Positions 61,780 through 64,000 of a stretch of DNA of 64,000 bases are shown piece by piece. The position numbers and the translations under genes are program-made. The stretch lies in assembly GCA_040285855.1 (NCBI GenBank), contig JAUFOQ010000003.1, forward strand, positions 1,922,001 to 1,986,000, read 5' to 3'. The stretch's first letter is position 1. Every line of letters starts with the position of its first letter. The notes beneath the pieces were generated by a model. That model did no database searches. It saw nothing but the letters and a program-made list of their open reading frames with translations, and was not told the origin of the DNA. This stretch comes from Eukaryota sp. GEM-RC1 (taxonomy: Eukaryota).

Positions 61780-63018
61780 TTAACCATGGATAACAACTTC
61801 AGTTTTAAGCTCGCCATTCTCGAACTTGTGACGGAATTGCTGAGGAATATTGAACTCCTTAGGCTCATCTCCACTTGGTGCAATGATATTCATCTCTGTA
61901 CTAGCAACAGTTACAATTTCAATATTCTCAACATGAGATTCAGAGAGATAAAGGCGGCATCCATCAGTAGATTCAATGTTAATAATAGGGACAGTTCCCA
62001 AAGGTTGAAGTTCGATGTTCTTGCATCTATTGATTTCAGCTGATGCTATACATGAATCAAAGACAACACCCACCTTGGAGCAGTTTTCAATGGTGATGTT
62101 ACGGGCTTTACCTTCAACTTTAACTGTACAGTTTTTGCAATTAAAGATGGCAACGGTTTGGGAACCAGACACTTCATCAACAACGATGTTTCCTTCAGTG
62201 AAGTTCTCAATTCTCCATCTACGTCTTTCCTTTTGTTTAATAGGGGCTTTAACACCTGGTGCGGTAGGCTTTGGTTTCTGAACTTCCTTGGGCTGGGGTT
62301 TTGGTGCAGGTTTAGGAGCGGCTTGTACGGCAGGTGCTGGAGCTGCTTCAGCTGAAGCAAACTTGGGGGGAGCTGCTGGCTTGCTTCCCTTGGGGTTCCA
62401 TTGGAGGCCTGTGAGATGATGTTCCCCGACGTAGGCAGATAATGCTTTGAAGCAGCTGTCAAGGGTTTTCCACCATTGGGCATCCTTCTCCTTCTCAGGA
62501 TTCTTTCTTGCTTCCATGAGAAGTTTATTTCCATGGAACTGGGCTGAGGGCAATGAATCCTTGATAAAAGGAACTGGTGTAGGCTTGTAAGCCATCCAGA
62601 GCAAGCAAGAAGCCCCTTCCTGGAGAGCCTTGATGTGAGTGTAGAGAGGATCGCTTCTTACAGGGTTGTCAAATCCAGATTGAACGAGATCACCGATTTC
62701 TGCAAAATAGATACCGAGATCAGACTCTGGGGGTGCTTGGTGAGTAGATGCGTATTGTATTAAATTACGAACAGCGTCGAAAATAACCTTGAGATGATTA
62801 GTGTTTTTAGCGAGATCAGGGCTGATCTGAGAAGCAATATTGCATGCATCCACGATCATGGGGGTGAGTTTTTCATCCCAGGCAGAGACTGCTGGGGCGA
62901 GTTCACCTGATTCAGTAGCAGCCGATCCAGATGAAATAGGTTTTCCAGATGCGAGAGAGCTGTCGATAGATTTCAAGTAGTTTAGAACTTGGTCTAGTTG
63001 AGAAGTGATTCGGTCCAT
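61780..63018 (-). CDS. CAP1: Adenylyl cyclase-associated protein CAP/Srv2
   Basis: Helical folded domain (HIKALQEG..CLLW, AQFHGNKLL, YVGEHHLTGLQWN), Pro/Ala linker, CARP domain (WRIENF, GKARNITIENC, PIINIESTDG, EFNIPQQF). Start taken at MDRITS. Confidence 0.92.
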   Translation of the reverse strand: MDRITSQLDQVLNYLKSIDSSLASGKPISSGSAATESGELAPAVSAWDEKLTPMIVDACNIASQISPDLAKNTNHLKVIFDAVRNLIQYASTHQAPPESDLGIYFAEIGDLVQSGFDNPVRSDPLYTHIKALQEGASCLLWMAYKPTPVPFIKDSLPSAQFHGNKLLMEARKNPEKEKDAQWWKTLDSCFKALSAYVGEHHLTGLQWNPKGSKPAAPPKFASAEAAPAPAVQAAPKPAPKPQPKEVQKPKPTAPGVKAPIKQKERRRWRIENFTEGNIVVDEVSGSQTVAIFNCKNCTVKVEGKARNITIENCSKVGVVFDSCIASAEINRCKNIELQPLGTVPIINIESTDGCRLYLSESHVENIEIVTVASTEMNIIAPSGDEPKEFNIPQQFRHKFENGELKTEVVIHG

Positions 63019-63098
63019 ATTGAGGGAAAAGTTGGTTGAAGGTATTGGTAGGAGCTTCTCTCTTGTCAGTCTCTGTTCTATCTGATGTGCCGTCGAGG

Positions 63099-64000
63099 AT
63101 GACATCCTCTTCTGGGTTTCTCCCCGACATTGTCTCCAAGCCTAAATCCAAACCTGTTGGAACTTCACTCACCATTTCCAATAGCAACAAGGCAAAAGCC
63201 AGAGTTCTTTTCCGATAAATGCTCCATTCCTCCTCTATTTCACTATCTTAGTTCAAATAAGAGCCCATCTCGCCTTTATCGTTCCTTAGATTTTTCCATG
63301 GCTTCAGATGAACATCTTGTCCTTGCAAAATCAGTTCTCCAGACCGTTCTCAGTCGCTTTCAAAATTACTCTCAATATCTTTCTGCTGTGTGTGGACCAT
63401 CGGCACTCACAGCATCTCAAGCCATGAACGTAATCCAGAACTACACATCCCCTTTAAAAATCAAACAGAAAGACCAACTCAAAATCCAATACAAGAGGAC
63501 CTTGTCTGTTCCCTTTGCCATCACTGGACACACCCTCTTCATCCGATTACCCTTCCCCAAACTGACCTCCAGCCACGTACTTGCCATGTGCGATCATGAG
63601 ATTGGAACACATTTCCTGAGGAGTCTCAATCAATCAAAACAGTCCCTCAAATCACGTTCTTTGAGAGACGAGTTGGGGTTGTCAGAAGTACTCGCGTTCG
63701 ATACTGAGGAAGGTCTAGCTACGTTGCATACAGTTATCAATAACCAAGTCAAAATCCTTTTCAAGCCTGCTCTCCATTACTATGCTTGTTGCATGGCAGA
63801 GAAGTTACCATTTGTAGACCTGTACCACCATTTAGCTAATTACATGGATAAAGTAGACGATTGTTGGGAAGAAACTGTCAGACTGAAAAGAGGAGTTCCA
63901 GCTCAAGCTTGTGGTGTATGGATCTCTTCTTAATCTCATCTTAGGTGTATGCCAAGGATCAAGTATACTTTAGAGGAGCAATTAAGGTATTGCGGCATCG
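63099..64000 (+). CDS. MATCAP: MATCAP/KIAA0895 (DUF1704) tubulin tyrosine carboxypeptidase-like, partial; canonical 29-nt intron at 63916..63944
   Basis: DHEIGTHFLR (HExxxH), TEEGLATLH and VRLKRG. Splicing GTATGG...CTTAAT...TTAG gives GVYAKDQVYFRGA. Confidence 0.85.

Overview
Gene-dense eukaryotic (protist-type) nuclear DNA, about 35-40% GC by eye. Genes are tightly packed, often head-to-head, with rare and very short spliceosomal introns (mostly 29-34 nt, one of 52 nt). Many genes are split across ORFs by single-base indels at homopolymer runs, most simply explained as long-read assembly errors. Recognisable genes are RPS17 (partial), UAP56/SUB2, a Cep192/Spd-2-like protein, CCDC61, CCT7, GPI8, a VTT/DedA membrane protein, CFAP20DC-like, a degenerate GT8, an Air1/2-like zinc-knuckle protein, RRP43, a ~9.3 kb RCC1/IPT/Cys-rich surface protein, an RNI-type LRR protein, FAM135-like, COG2-like, calnexin fused to a very long repeat tail, a giant GT2 polysaccharide-synthase-like gene, a bacterial-type small membrane protein, CAP/Srv2 and MATCAP/KIAA0895 (partial). 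The window also holds one tRNA-Met(CAT), a hAT transposon with perfect TSD/TIRs, and several hAT-type MITEs. The leading candidate novelty is two short introns with strong donors (GTATGT, GTGAGT) that restore the proteins when they end in CG rather than AG (GT-CG introns). Other candidates are an initiator-like tRNA-Met with a U1:U72 mismatch, the calnexin-repeat fusion, the giant GT2, and 32-bp-phased subterminal arrays in the hAT element. All calls come from reading the sequence by eye; no database searches were run and the taxon cannot be fixed from this window.
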